Part shown: positions 28,170-41,910 of the stretch, piece after piece | How positions within the stretch are numbered: position 1 is the stretch's first letter | Layout of the letters: every line of letters starts with the position of its first letter | Made by a program: the position numbers and the translations under genes | NCBI GenBank assembly: GCA_028534125.1 | Contig: CM052816.1 | Location: 64,420,001-64,484,000, forward strand | Source of the DNA: Lama glama | Taxonomy: Eukaryota | DNA: 64,000 nucleotides | Direction of reading: 5' to 3' | The notes under the pieces: model-generated | Told to the model about the DNA's origin: nothing | The model's database searches: none | Seen by the model: only the letters and a program-made list of their open reading frames with translations

Positions 28170-28600
28170 TCATATGGTTTGAGTAGTACTGGGTTCTAGA
28201 GGTCCAGTGTCTGAATTCCAACTTCAAAAATTATTAGTTATGACTTTGGTTGAATTATTACTTTGTGCTTCATTTCTTCATCTGTAAAACAAGGGAGATA
28301 ATGGCACCTATCTCAAATGACAATTTTCTCTTCTATAAAGTGAATATAATAGTATCTCCCCCAAAAGACCATTTTTGAAGATTAGATGACAATATATGTC
28401 AAGTGCTTAGCAGAGCACCTGGTACACAAGAGGCAACCTGTGCTGTCTGTTAATACTATTGTTGTATTATAATTATTCTATTCTCATCCCATCTAACAGA
28501 TTAGGAAATATAAATTCAAAGTTCATTTAATTTGTTCTTGGCTGCATAGTTAGTCAACCTCGAAGGTGGAATACAAACTCTAGCAATTATGACAAAACTA
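28170..28600. mobile_element. MIR cluster
   Basis: MIR core (catttcttcatctgtaaaacaagggagataat...gtgcttagcagagcacctgg). Further MIRs near 5.2, 13.85, 35.37, 45.85, 49.85 and 50.76 kb. Confidence 0.7.
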
Positions 28601-28902
28601 CCACCTTTTTCAGAGTGTCAATACAGCACATGTCCATTAAAAATATAATTCTTTTTAGTCTTGTTGATTAAGTATTTATTAACCAACGATTATGTACTAG
28701 ACATCACAGAGTTCAAATGGACCAGTTTCTCAAATGGATGAGAAGAGAAAGTAGGGAGGTGTCCTTGCAATGGGGCAGTCTGGCACAGGGTGTCATAGCC
28801 TAGGTAGGATGAGGAGGGCTTCCATGGAAGGTGGGGGCTGGGGAGGAGGTAGTAGCTGCAGCCCTGGGCAGGGTGTCAGAGCCCAAGTGGGATGAAGAGG
28901 GC

Positions 28903-29637
28903 ATTTTTTAAAAACATTTTTTAATTGAGTTATAGTCATTTTACAATGTTGTGTCAAATTCCAGCATAGAGCACAATTTTTCAGTTATACATGAACATAC
29001 ATATATTGTCACTTTTTTTTTGCTGTGAGCTACCACAAGATCTTGTATATATTTGTATATAATCTTGTTTATCTATTCTACATATGCCTGTCATGATCTA
29101 CAAATTTTGAACTCCCAATCTATTCCTTTCCTTCTTCCTCCCCCTCGGCAACCACAAGTTTGTATTCTATGTCTATGAGCCTGTTTCTGTTTTGTATTTA
29201 TGGCTTTTTTTTTTAATTCCACATATGAGTGATCTCATATGGTATTTTTCTTTCTGTTTCTGACTTACTTCACTTAGAATGACATTCTCCAGGAACATCC
29301 ATGTTGCTGCAAATGGCATTATGTTGTCAGTTTTTATGGCTGAATAGTATTCCATTGTATGAATATACCACATCTTCTTTATCCAGTCATCTGTTGATGG
29401 ACATTTAGGCTGTTTCCATGTCTTGGCTATTATAAATAGTGCTGCTATGAACATTGGGGTGCAAGTGTCTTTTTGAAGTAGGGTTCCTTCTGGATATATG
29501 CCCAGGAGTGGGATGACTGGGTCATATGGTAAGTCTATTCCTAGTATTTTGAGGAATCTCCATACTGTTTTCCACAGTGGCTGCACCAAACTGCATTCTC
29601 AGCAGCAGTGCAGGAGGGTTCCCTTTTCTCCACACCC
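28903..29637 (-). mobile_element. Young 5'-truncated L1 (ORF2 C-terminal ~140 codons + 3'UTR) inserted in an older L1M 3' segment
   Basis: ORF 29589-29173 [13 protein letters not shown]...CTPMFIAALF...WIKKMWYIHTMEYYSA is the L1 ORF2p C-terminus. Only a 7-bp candidate TSD (AAGAGGG). Confidence 0.92.
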
Positions 29638-29844
29638 AAGAGGGAAGGGAACAGCACTGACAAAGGGAGACTGGTTACATGCATGGGAGTTAATTAAAGA
29701 AGTAAATGTTTTAAGGATAATGGGAGACAGATTATCGCATTGTCAGAAAAGGGAGTTACATATATGGAAAAGACGAAAACTAAATTCAACTTTGTGGTGT
29801 TGGATTGGAATTGAGGGTATTGGTATGAACTACACATCTGTAAA

Positions 29845-30275
29845 AGAAAGGATAGTTTATAACCTTCCCACAAAGAAAATTTCAAGTTCAGATGGCTTCT
29901 GGGTAAATTCTCCCAAAATATCTAACGACAAAATAATAACAATTCTATTCCAGCTCTTCCAAAAAATTGAGAAGAAATACTTCCTGAGGTCAGCATTACA
30001 ATGAAACCAAAACTCAGACAAAGATTTATAATAAGAGAAAATTACAAAGTGATATTCCATGTGAAGATAGATGCAAAAATTCTAAATGAATTTTAGCAAA
30101 TCAAATCTAACAATATTGTAAAAGAACAGAACATCACAACCCAGTGGGATTTGTCCTGGGAATGCAGGGTTGTCTTAACATTAGAAAATCAATGGAATTC
30201 ATCATGTTAACAAACTAAAAAAGAAAAACATGATCATCTCAAGAGATGCAGAAAAGACATTTGACAAAATCCAAC
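29845..30275 (+). mobile_element. Old L1 ORF2 (RT) fragment
   Basis: Remnant IHHVNKLKKKNMIISRDAEKTFDKIQ, similar to L1 RT. Confidence 0.8.
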
Positions 30276-31162
30276 TGAGCTTCTGCTACCATGTTGTCAA
30301 GGGAAGCCTCTGTTGAGAATCATGGTTTTAGAGAAGAGGGTTAACATACAGAAGACTATCTGTTCTGTTCTTAAGGATATGCAGAAGTGGGACTCGATAG
30401 CCATTCTTTTTACATGCTGCTAGTATAGACTCTAACTTTCATTATTATCTCTTACCTAATTACATTATGTTGCACTTAAACTCAGTGTTTCCCAAACTCT
30501 GTTCCTTAAAAACACTAGCATCGTTTGAAGTATAAGGCTCTTCTTGTACCCTAAATGCACATTAACATATTAAAATTTCTAACTTCAGGGAAGAAATAGT
30601 ATCCAAGATGTTTTTCTTGCATGTGATTTTCAATCATTGCTTTCTTATCAGGGTGAATTATTCTGTATTTGCTACTAAAAGTATTTTATTTTTGACTCAC
30701 CTGTTTGTCATTGCTTATATATTTTATAATATTTATAGGAGCACAGAAAATAGCATGGTTAGAATGGTCTGGGACAACTTCATGAAAGGCTAGATGTTCC
30801 TGACCCTAGCCTGCTGCCAGCAGAATTTTCTGAAAGTGATAACCACTTTTGTCACAGCACTCCGCTCATATACCTTCCTACATGTGCCAATGCTATACCA
30901 CCACCATGGAAACTGGAAATTTTTCTTATCCACTTTTCCAATTCTTTGCTCTTAATATCTTTTAAGTTCATAAAAGAATCTAAAATGTTTATCCCAGATT
31001 AATAAAAGGAATAAGTTGTCAAAAAATATTTAAAAACCACAGAAGACATCAGTCAAAAAGATACTTTCAGTTGACCAGCAGAAACACTTTAAAAAGGCTT
31101 CTCTCCATATACCAAGAGAAAGCCATGGAGTAGAAATGAAACTTCTACTGGTGTTTGCTAAC

Positions 31163-31435
31163 TGCCATGGTCTGAATGTTTGTGTGATTATGTCATAAGG
31201 GTGGAGCCTCATGAATGGAATTAGTCCCCTTATAAAAGAGACCCACCTTTCTATGTGAAGTTTTAGCAAAAAGAAAGCTATGAACAAGGAAGTGGGCTCT
31301 CACCTGACATCAGATCTGCTGGTGCCTTGATCTTGGACTTCCCAGCCTGCAGAACTGTAAGAAACAAATTTCTGTTGTTTATAAGCCACACAGTTTATGG
31401 TATTTTGTTATAGTAGCACGAACAGATCAAGATAC
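31163..31435 (+). mobile_element. MLT1A-like solo LTR (internally deleted)
   Basis: tgccatggtctgaatgtttgtg ... ttggacttcccagcctgcagaactgtaagaaacaaatttctgttgtttataagcc. Confidence 0.85.
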
Positions 31436-32884
31436 TACACAGTGTTTCTTCCTATAAGCATGGAAAACACATTAAAGGGAATTCTGTTTTGTGAGAGGTC
31501 ACTCTATAAAGAAGCTGGGCACCAAGTCATAAACCCACCACAGAAAAACAAAATAAAAAGGGAAATCCAGCTGAGCATTTTCCTTTCATACATTCAGGGG
31601 ATTAGTAACTTATTCTTTGCACCAAGTACTGCACGTCTTGGAAGCAAATGATTTAAATAAATTAGTAATATATTTAAGAGCACCTTTTGAAAGTTACAAT
31701 CCCAAAGGTAGACACATTGTAAGAATCTTTTCACTGCAAAAAAGGAATTCAAACCTTTCATTATAACAAAGGAGCAAAATGAATCATGGTGTGGGCAGCA
31801 TGCTGAATTCACGAGAAGCAGGGTTCTCTACCAGTCTGATAATAGATAAGTAATTTTTCATTTAAAGTGCCTTTTCCTCAATACTTGAAATAGTTCTTGG
31901 ATGAGCTGTAAAGTCATGATGACTACATTAGACCAATGGTCATTTTGTGTAAGTAGGAACAAGACTTAATAATCCAGAATAGTTTGACAAACACTATTTT
32001 GATTCTTCTGCTGAAGCTGAAGCTTTTGAACAAAGCCCATAAAAAACAGAAAGATACTGAAATCAATTTACTGTAATCTAGTCTTAGCTGGCAAAATTAG
32101 CTAAGCCCTAAAATACATATGCTTTGAAGCACAGGTCTGACGGAAGTGATACAATTCTGTCTTAGTGTATTGTCCATTTTGTCTTCCATTTCAAAAGCCA
32201 AACAAAAGGCCCAAATTATAATTTTAAAAGGTCTCAGAAATACTCTTAACATTAACTGCACCTAGGACATGTACAGATTTGGTAAAAAGAATTATGGGGA
32301 AAAAAGACTGACTCATTCAAACTATTATTCTTCATTTTTCAGGAAAGAGGCTTTCAAAACAGAAAAAGTTTTAAGTTAAACTGATCCATCATTATTCCTT
32401 TTTATGGGCCTGCCGCTTGGAAATTAAAACCATTTGTACAAATAATTTTACTCCACAATGTATTTATTGAGGCAATGCATAATTAGTGGGGACTTTACAT
32501 CCTTCTAGCATTGCCGTGGTCTCAGTGAAGAATGTAAAAGAAATGTGAGATACATTCTCTGCCCTCTAAGGACATTTCATCCTGTTAATTTTAGAATTCT
32601 AGAAATAATACCAGAGACAGTTTAAAAACTAAAACTGATGATCTTCTTCTTGATGACACATGCTTGCAGACATGAATCTTAAGCAAAGGTACAATCCTGG
32701 ATATTTTTTATTCAGCTGGATGGAAATGGCCATCTCTGTGTCCAGATGCACCTACCACTATAGAATAACCAAAATAATGGTTGTTTTCTTTCATTAGATT
32801 ACTGGTTCACTCACTACATTTTTGTTTAGAAAAAGATAGTTTCATTGCCCACTGTCACATTTTTAGTTTGTATTGACTAGGACT

Positions 32885-33500
32885 ATGCCCAATAGAAATG
32901 TATGCCCTGTGGACCAAGAGATAGCATAAGAATAGTCACGGTAAGGTCATCTGAAGTAGGGGCAAACTGTAATCAACCGAATGTCTAACACAGCAGAATG
33001 GATAAATGAACTATGGTGCACTTTTACCACAGAATACTACAAAACAGTTAAAAACCACAGACTGCAGCTACATTCAACAACGTGGATAACAAATGGAAAA
33101 AGCAAGATTAAAGAATACATCAAGTATGATTACATTTACATAGAAGTTCCCAAACACATGGCAGTAAACTATATGGATGTATCTGGTGCATATAGGTGCA
33201 CATTCAAGTGGTAAGACCATAAAGAAAGCAAGGAAATGATTGTATACAAAGTGAGGCTAGAGTTTATTCAGGGAAGAGTCTGAGGAGAGGGCTGTGATTG
33301 GGAAGAAATTCACAAGGCTTCTGTATGCCAGTCAAATTTTTCTAATTCTACTAATTATTCACCTCCTCCCCTCCCCTCCTCTTTCTCCTCCTTTTTCACC
33401 ATCGGTGGCAGTTACAAGGGGTGTTTACTCTTAGAACCATTCGTAAACTGTACATGTCACATTATCACTTTTTTATGAGTATATTACCCTTCACAGTAAA
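32885..33500 (+). mobile_element. L1ME 3' fragment
   Basis: gaatggataaatgaactatgg...cagaatactac (EWINELW...TEYY). Confidence 0.7.
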
Positions 33501-36500
33501 GCACACCTAAAAAACCCACAGGTTACTATGCTAAGTATTAAACACATACATGCATACATGTGTGTATATAATACATAGACTAAGCTCTTTAAGGTTCAAG
33601 GAAAACAACAGGGTGATTCTGTATTAGACTTCTCTTGTTACTCCCCTCCCTAATCGCTTCTGCTGAGCATATAAAACCAGAAACATACTTAAATGAAAGA
33701 GATAAGGGTTTTTAAAAGTACACCAAAATGTACTATTCCTTGTCATGAATGTTATTTGAGAGTTTGAAAGACTTATGTGGCTTTTTGGCTGATGGTGGAA
33801 TTGTATGTATATATTTCCAGTCTCTCCTTTGTCTACTGATACAACTTACACATATAACTAAGCAGAAGCAATACTTGAGGAAAATGGGCATCTTCCTGTC
33901 CTTACAGCTGTGACACAGAAGAAGCTGTACTTTGATCTTACACCTACTGGCTTGCCCCTAAGTTTCCTTCTAACAGCATTGTTGATTCTAATCTTAGCAC
34001 AAGTCTGCTTCTTTGAAGAGAAGGGAAAACAAAAACAAAAACAAAAAACAACCCAACAAAACCCTGAGCTAACCCAGCTGTATCCACCTATAAGTTATCT
34101 GACTTGAGTTAAGCCTTAATCAACCTATTTTTCTCCTGAATTAGCTGGGTACTAAATTACTGTCTTACCCTTTCATCTGCCCTGGATGAAATCTACAACA
34201 TCATCTAAATACTGGTGATACAATATCCTCAAAACCTCTCTCAGCAATAATCCTGATACAAATCTTGGTTAACAGGCTGACAAGATCGAACTCTGACATA
34301 TTACCCAAGATAGAAACTGGGTTGACCAACTGCCCACCCCTCTGCTCCAGAATACATTTTCTAAAAGGAGCACAGAAAAATCTGTACAGCAACTTCGTTC
34401 TCCTCTCTGGGATCATTATTATTGCATACCTTCTAGGTAGATCAAAACCAATTTCACATTTAAGAAAACTTGAATCTGACCCATGTTCTTGGAAGTTAAA
34501 TTTCACTTTTCAAAATCAGTACCACCACATAATATTTTGGTAGAAACAATGGAGAGGGCAATACACTTCACTCTTGATCTTCCAAAGGTTTATCCACAGC
34601 ATAGCTTACTTCAAGCAAACCTTGATCCAAAGTTTGATCCAACAATCCTGCTCAAGTCACATATGATCAACACTCTATTTAATCTAACATCTAGAATTAA
34701 GGCCTTAAGGGCAAAATACTTATTTGCCTCTCTTCAGCCTAGCAAAGGTAAACACTGAATATAAATAGGCATCTCTTTTTGGGCTGGTGCTTTATTTCAT
34801 CCTGAGTTATTAAATCCTCTTATTGTTGTTTTTTAAATAAGGAGACTTGGAATGAATTCTGCAAGGAGGAAACAAAAAAGACAGACATAGAGCAAGCTTA
34901 TAATGGAGTTGAATTATCCTACCTAAGTTTTGTCTACATTATAGCTCACTCCTTGACTCAAAAATACTATAGGTCAAAGAATATTTCCCCAAAGAGAATG
35001 ATATACAATGAGAACACGACTTAAAAGAGTGATAGACCATAACTGGTAACCCTGTTCCCTAAAATCACTGCTAAAAATGTGGTGACACTGAATTAGCTTC
35101 CCAAAATATCACTCACATTCAAATACAAATTCTAAGACATTTCAAAATCAAATCTCATTATGTTGAAATTAGTGACCATTTGGCTTATATATACCATGGT
35201 TGCCCTCACTAATAATGAAATAAAAAACTGACATACAGTACACAACTTTTTTATGGAGCAGAAACAAATGTGTTCTGAGGCCAAATGTAAACTTCATATA
35301 TTAAAAAAATTTGAACAGAGGAGAGATAAAAATAATCCGCCTTACATTTGTGAGCAACTGGAATTCAAACTCAGGCCTTCTGAGTCTATGGCTGGTGTGA
35401 TTTCAGCACACCACAGCTGTCCTTAGTTTCCCTGGTAACGACTTACCCAAAATCCTCATGTGAAAAAAGTGATTTTAGTAAGTAACTACAACATTTCAGT
35501 CTTTTGTTTTTAATTATACAACCATGCATTCTTATTTGTTTCTACCACCCCCTCCCAATTACTTATAGAATAAAATTTGAGTTAAAAAACATGCATTTTC
35601 TAAGCAAACTGTTTCCCTAAAGGTTGACCTGAAAAATATTATGAGAAATTAGAAGGTCACAGCCATATGTCTGCCTTTTCTACTCCTCTGTGGTAGTCAG
35701 TGACCAGAGTGACATAACCAAAGCAAGAATAGGATCTAGAGCCTAAAATCGTATAGATGATTTTAATTGAACACTGGATCAGAAATTAAGTGTAAATGGT
35801 TTCTAAATAAATGTGGTTAAAATTAATTAAATACTTATATCAAGAAGCTTAATTGTTAATTCATTAAAGTCAAGATCACACTTATTCATATAATTTCAGC
35901 CACCCAGCAACTTCAATTGTGATTTTATTTCCTTTAATTAATTTCTCTTAAGATACATACAAGCATATAGCAAAATCATTATTTTTTATCAGGTTACACT
36001 ATTAGCTTTAAAATTTTATAGGCCAGTATGGTAGTTATTTGTACAAATGCTGGAGTTCTAGTAAAGGGTGTCAACCATTAAGTTCACCATCTATGAGTAA
36101 ACAGTTGCTGTCATGTTTAAAATCAAGCTTCCCTCAGGTTTTGGACAGCCAGTGATTGCTTAAATAAATAACGTGCTGTGCGGACATAGAAAATAAAATT
36201 TTAAATACTTATCTTTGTATCAAACTGTGTTAAACAAGGCAAATGAACAGTTCTCACTCAATGTAAAAACCCTCTCGAGTTAGATATTTTAAAGATAACC
36301 AAGTCAAAGAAGGAATTCTAAAACAACTGCTAAAAGCATGAAAAAACATGTCACCCTGGTGGATAAGAGTTTCATGAAATTAACTGTTTAAGAAGCTATC
36401 AGTGTATGAAAATGGAATAGAAAAGTCTGAAACACAAAACTTTGGCTATCAGGAAAAATTTCAACAAGTTAACAATCACTTTAGAAAAATTTGCAGGCAA

Positions 36501-36689
36501 CCATTTTATATCCATCCGTGGTCTTTGATTAATTGTTAATTGTCGCCTTTCGGTGACTCAAGTACCTCTCATGCAGTGGCCTTGCTTAGGCTCAAAGTTG
36601 ACTCAGCTGATGAAGCAGCAGGGCGAGTAGCCCAGGAGAAGCTGCAACTGGGTTTTCTTGAAATCACGAAGTAACAGAGTTGTCGAGAT

Positions 36690-36867
36690 CAGTGGTTCTG
36701 AAGCTTGTCTGCACACTGCAATCACCTGGGGAGATAAAAACACTCCTGATACTCATGTCCCACCGCCAGAAAGTTTGATTTAATTGTCCGGGGTCTGGCC
36801 TGGGCTTTAGAAGGTTAAAAGAGATGTACAGGTGATTCTAATGTGTAGACAAATTTGGGAACAGCTG
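36690..36867. mobile_element. MER5-type hAT MITE
   Basis: TIRs cagtggttctgaag ... tttgggaacagctg; internal aatcacctgggg/caggtgattct. Confidence 0.8.
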
Positions 36868-38339
36868 TTCTATATTCTTTTATATTTTTAGCTTAAAATT
36901 TTTTTGACAAAATAGATTCATATTCATTTTCTCATACTTCCTGTATCAGTCTCATGCCATTCTGGGAAATCCATGGAAGTACTACATGTTCTGGAATATT
37001 CTCACAATTGTAAATCCATGGAGGTAAACTAAGACCCAAAAGCAAAAGTACTACACAATGTAATTCAATTATTTATCATTGCCAAAAGGAGGAAAAAAGT
37101 GGGAAGAATAAAGGCAAGAATAAGCTATAGTTCATAAAATATTTCATGACCAGAATTACTAGTGTATAAATTTTTTTCCCCAAATCCAAGTCCTAGAAAC
37201 TTTGTTTCCCATCCTAAAACCAGATGGAAGACTTAAAGAACACTGCCTACAATAATCTGGGTTAAAGTAATGATCTGGATTTGTGTGACCTGTTCCAACT
37301 TTCCACTTTATCAGATGGAGCTGGAGCAGCTGCTGGAACGAGGAATAAGGAATTGCGTCTTACACATGAATAAACCTGTAGAGATACTAAGTTCATTAAT
37401 GTTCTTGTTTGCAGGAATCAAAATGACTTAGAGGCAGCCAAGTTGAATTACAGGTTTGATTTACTTAGGAGATACATGCTATGCAGACATCAGCATTTTT
37501 TTTTTTTTACACCAGCCTCAAGGCAGGCTTGACAACCAGCGTGCCATTCTGCCTTTCACAGTAAGATCCAGTTGTATTTCCCTGTGGCTTCTCTGCTTCC
37601 TGTGGGGGCATATGAACTATCCAGACTAGCAAGGAAAGAAAGTAGTTTTGAAAGTTAAAAAGTTTATTAACAGTGAATAATGGGGACAGTAGATACCCTT
37701 CCTCCTTAAAAAAAAAAAAAAAAAGCACCCACAACAGGTGAGTAGATTGAAATTGGAAAGCATGTTACAGTGTCAGAGATTCTTAATAAGAACATATAAC
37801 TTCACTCTGATACATGGGGTTAACATGCTTTAAATAGATTGAAGCACTGAGCTGAATGTATCACTCCTTTGAAATTAAAACAATGACCAGATCATAATGA
37901 GGGTATGCAGATGTCACCATATGAGCTTTTCCACTTCGTGACACAATGTAATCTGATGTCAGTTTAAAATTCTACTAATAGTTGGGCAAACTAAGTCATT
38001 ACTCACGTTAAGTAGGAAGTGGGGCAAAGGCGCCCAAGGAGAAGCATGTGGTGAGTGAACTGTAACCAGTGGACAAAAATCAATGGTAAAATACGGCCTA
38101 TATGGGTCAATTTTAAAGGTTTCTTTGGTTTAGTGAAATAGAATGCTTTCTAAAAGCCAATATAACTAATTCTCAAGATCTTCCTGGTCTTAGTGAAAGC
38201 TGACTGCAAATCACCAAAACACACAGAGAAAAACAGAGGCTATGTTCTCAATTATTTCCAAATACACAAAATAATCCACAAATATGTGCTCTTTTGGTAA
38301 GTGACTTGGCATTTGGTTTTCATTTCTAGTGCCAGCTGC

Positions 38340-39030
38340 AACCAGTTGTTTCTTCTGAGTCTTTAAACTTAGGTCTGAAACCAAACTGTTCATTTCCCCA
38401 TCTTCTGCTTTTGCTTCCCCCATGTTTGCTGCCAAAGTTACAGTCTACCACCCACACAATGGCCAAGCCAGAACCTGGGAGTCATCAGGGGTTCCTCCCT
38501 TTGCATTTCAGTGCCTACCTCCAAGTCCTATTCATTATGTATCCTGTAAAAGCAAATTAATCCTCCTCTCCATCCCTTACACCGCTACCACATGTCGTCC
38601 TCATCCTCACTGGTCTCTGTACCCCAATTTTGTGTTCTGCCAACACTCCCCTTACAATTCTGGAGTTTTTTCTGGAGCTCATATTACTCAAATGTGAACA
38701 TACCAACTCCCTGCTTATTCTCTAACAACTCTGTGACTTTACTCTTGTTTTTCTTTTGCCTGTAATGTTCCTCTCCCCACTTTCTTGCTAACTAGCTTTT
38801 TCTCTGTCAAGCCTTTTCTGGCTTTATCAAGCTGAGCTAGGTGTTTCCTTTTCTGTGCTTCTTATACGTGCTTATACATGACTCTACTAGAGCATCTGCC
38901 ACAGTGTTGACATTGTTTACATGTTGGTCTTCTTTCCTGGCCTGTGAATGAAGGGTGAACTCCATATCCCATTCAATATTATAGCACCTACACCTGGCAC
39001 TCAGGAGGGCTTAATACACTGACTTAGGCT
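38340..39030 (+). mobile_element. L2 fragment
   Basis: Pyrimidine-rich L2 3' region ending cctggcactcaggagggcttaata. Confidence 0.55.
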
Positions 39031-39034
39031 AAAT

Positions 39035-39203
39035 CAGTGATTCTTCATCTACTCACTTGAATTACCTGGGGAATTTTTAAAAGACTGAGGCCCTGGACCC
39101 CACCCCAGACCAATTCAAATTAAATTTTTGAGGGCAAAGCCCAGGCACCTGTACTTTTTAAAACTTCCTTGTTGATTCTAATGTTAGTGGTTGAAAACCA
39201 CTG
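39035..39203. mobile_element. MER5A-type hAT MITE
   Basis: cagtgattct ... gaaaaccactg TIRs. Confidence 0.8.
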
Positions 39204-39304
39204 TGTTAAATTATTTATCAGGCAATGCTAGTTAAAGCTGTACCAAGAAAACACAAAGTTTGAGGGTCTTTTGTGAGTTTTTATTTTTTAAAAGGACACT
39301 GTTT

Positions 39305-39835
39305 TAATAATCTATGGCTGAATAACAAATTACCGTCATATTTAGCAGCTTAAAATAACCAAAAATTATTATCTCACAGCTTCTCTCAGTCAGGAATCGG
39401 GGCATAGCAGAGCTCAGGTCTTCTCAGGAGACTGCATGCATGGCGTTAGCTGAGGCTGCCTCATTTCAAGGCTTGACAGTGAAGAAGAGCTTGCAGTCAA
39501 GCCCACTTGTGTGGTTATGGAAGGATTCAATTCCTCACTGACTGTTGGCCAGAAGCCCTCCCCAGTTCCCAGGCCTCCCTGTAGGGCATCTAAGAGCTTG
39601 GGAACCTGTTTCCATTAAAGTGAGCAAGTGAGAGCCAAGAGAGGGTGAGCAAGATAGAAGCCAGAATCTTCCTATAACCTTATCTTGTAAGTGACATCCC
39701 ATCACTTTTGCTGTACTCTGTTCATCAAAATCATGTTATTAGGTCTAGCCCAAACTCAACGGGAGAGAGTAACAGGGGCATGGATGCCAGGAAGTAGGTG
39801 TCATTAGGAGCCATCTTAGAAGCTGCCTACCACAG
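39305..39835 (-). mobile_element. MLT1F-like solo LTR
   Basis: ctgaataacaaattac...ttatctcacagcttct...gaagctgcctaccaca. Confidence 0.75.
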
Positions 39836-41289
39836 GTATTTAATGATACTTGGCTTAAAAATTAACCCATCTTAACATTAGAAGTATGCACATCATTGGT
39901 TTCCTTGTAAAGCTGAACCAACCTGCTTTGACAGAGATGAACTAAAAGTAAACTGACAGGTGTATTTTCCAATAATAAATTTATATTTTTTGTTTTATTA
40001 TCTAACTATAGATGCATTCATTTAATGCTATTTTCATGAGATGATATTAAGGCAGGTCAATTTGCATAACTCCAGCCCTCACCTGGTCCTAGGAGTTATG
40101 TCAGTGTGTTTTCCAAAGATTAAAAGTGCTCCTCTTTCATTTTCCAAACATCCTCCCAGTCATATAAGTTCACAGAAAATAAGGCCACTTTAAGAATTTA
40201 ACGTAAATTTTGTTTTTAGTGAAGGCAGGTAACAGCAAATCTAAAGGTAGAATACCAAGCAAAACAGGCAAAATTAGCACAGACTTTATGCTGATTAAGA
40301 GTAATCAATTTTAAGTTCACCTCTCATTTTAGAGGGAAAAGCCAATGTACTGGACAACAATGAACACCGATTTTAATAACCAAAACGTAAGCCCTCCTCA
40401 AAGATCCTATCAATACAAAAGACTTTATTTGTCTTTGGACTACTTACCATTTAATGCCAAGATGGCAAGTTGAAATTGCTTAATATTTAGCAAGACTACA
40501 CAAAGTAATAAAAGCAAAAAGAAATCTGTGTTAAGGCACAAATGACTGCATCCTTGAACCTGATGATGACAGCACATTTACATGAAATCCTAGACTCTTA
40601 ATTTATACTCCAACTACAAAATACCATCTCCCAAAAATCAATTGGTTTTTGGTGCAGAGAGAAAGTGTTAGCCTTCCAGATGCCTTTAATAGCACCTTTT
40701 TCTTTGAATCATTTCCTATATATTTGTTCAAAAATATTAGTAGCTCATACAACCTGATGTGATTTTTTAAAAAAGATATGATCATAATACAAGGTTATAA
40801 AACATATAACTGAGAAACTGTTGGACAGAAATGACATATGAACAATTTATGTAGTTTGCTTTTAGAAAAAACAGCACCTTTGAGGGGAAATCTGCCCTTT
40901 CCCTTAGCTGAGGTGGCAATTCTTCATGACATGATTATACTAAGACCTGGAAGATAAACTCATGATCAGCTACTATTACCCAACATAAACAATTCTGTGT
41001 CAAGCAGTGTGAATTATGGCAGACATGAGGATTAAAGCTAGTGACCTGGACTGCTGAAGCCCTCTAACCACTCATTCTCTGAGCCATCCAGTGTCATGGC
41101 CTAGACATGCTTATTTGGGGCTTAAGTTTGCATTTATTAACCTTACTTAAAAGATGGCTTTTCAGTTGCCAAATTGAGAAGCTGGTTGCAAACAGATAGG
41201 TCATCTAAAAATCTAGGAAGTTTTTTTTTTGTCTCCCCCAAGTAGTATGAGTCAGCAATTCTAAAATTACCTTCCATGTAATCTAGCCT

Positions 41290-41910
41290 TGAGCAAATAA
41301 GTAAATATACTGAGGATAATGGTGGCCAGGTTTTTTTCTGTTGAGGGAGTTACAGATATGAAAAATGGAAGACTGCAAAGTAGCAATAGACTGGAATTGA
41401 AGGTTTCAGTATAAACTTGCAGTTTTTAACAGACATAGAGATAAATATATTTATATGTATGTCTGTCTGTTGAGAGGAATTACAAGCAAGGACACATCAG
41501 CAACAATGAGAAAATCTAGCACTCAGATCATGGTTCCTGAATAGCATTCTCCATGAAAGAAAGCAGATCTCCTTGAAGAAATGGTTGATTCCAGGGCCGG
41601 GGCAGGAAAAGTACAAGATGAGCTGGGAACATCTGGTTATACCAAAAAGTAAGAAAGGGCTCAAAGAATGATGAGGACATGATACATCTGGGGCTTCTGA
41701 CACACACAGGACACATTTTCGAACACTGGTCACATCTAGGACAATGAGAACACTGAAATAAATGATAATAATGGATTTTAATCTGTTAACTAAAAACTCA
41801 TAAATCCATCTATTATAAATAAATAAATGAGGGAGAGAGGAAAACACTTCCTTTTATTAGAATGTCAATAAATATAGATGGGATGATGGAGTTAGAAAAT
41901 CAGTCACTCA
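41290..41910 (+). mobile_element. L1MC/MD 3' fragment
   Basis: Same motif set as at 18.3-18.6 kb and 29.65-29.83 kb. Confidence 0.65.

Noticed and set aside
28770..28902. Direct repeat cagggtgtca...ggatga.gagggc
   Set aside because: Most likely an internal repeat of the old L1M 3'UTR.
29498..30004. 168-aa ORF
   Set aside because: Chimeric read-through of antisense L1 and older L1 fragments.
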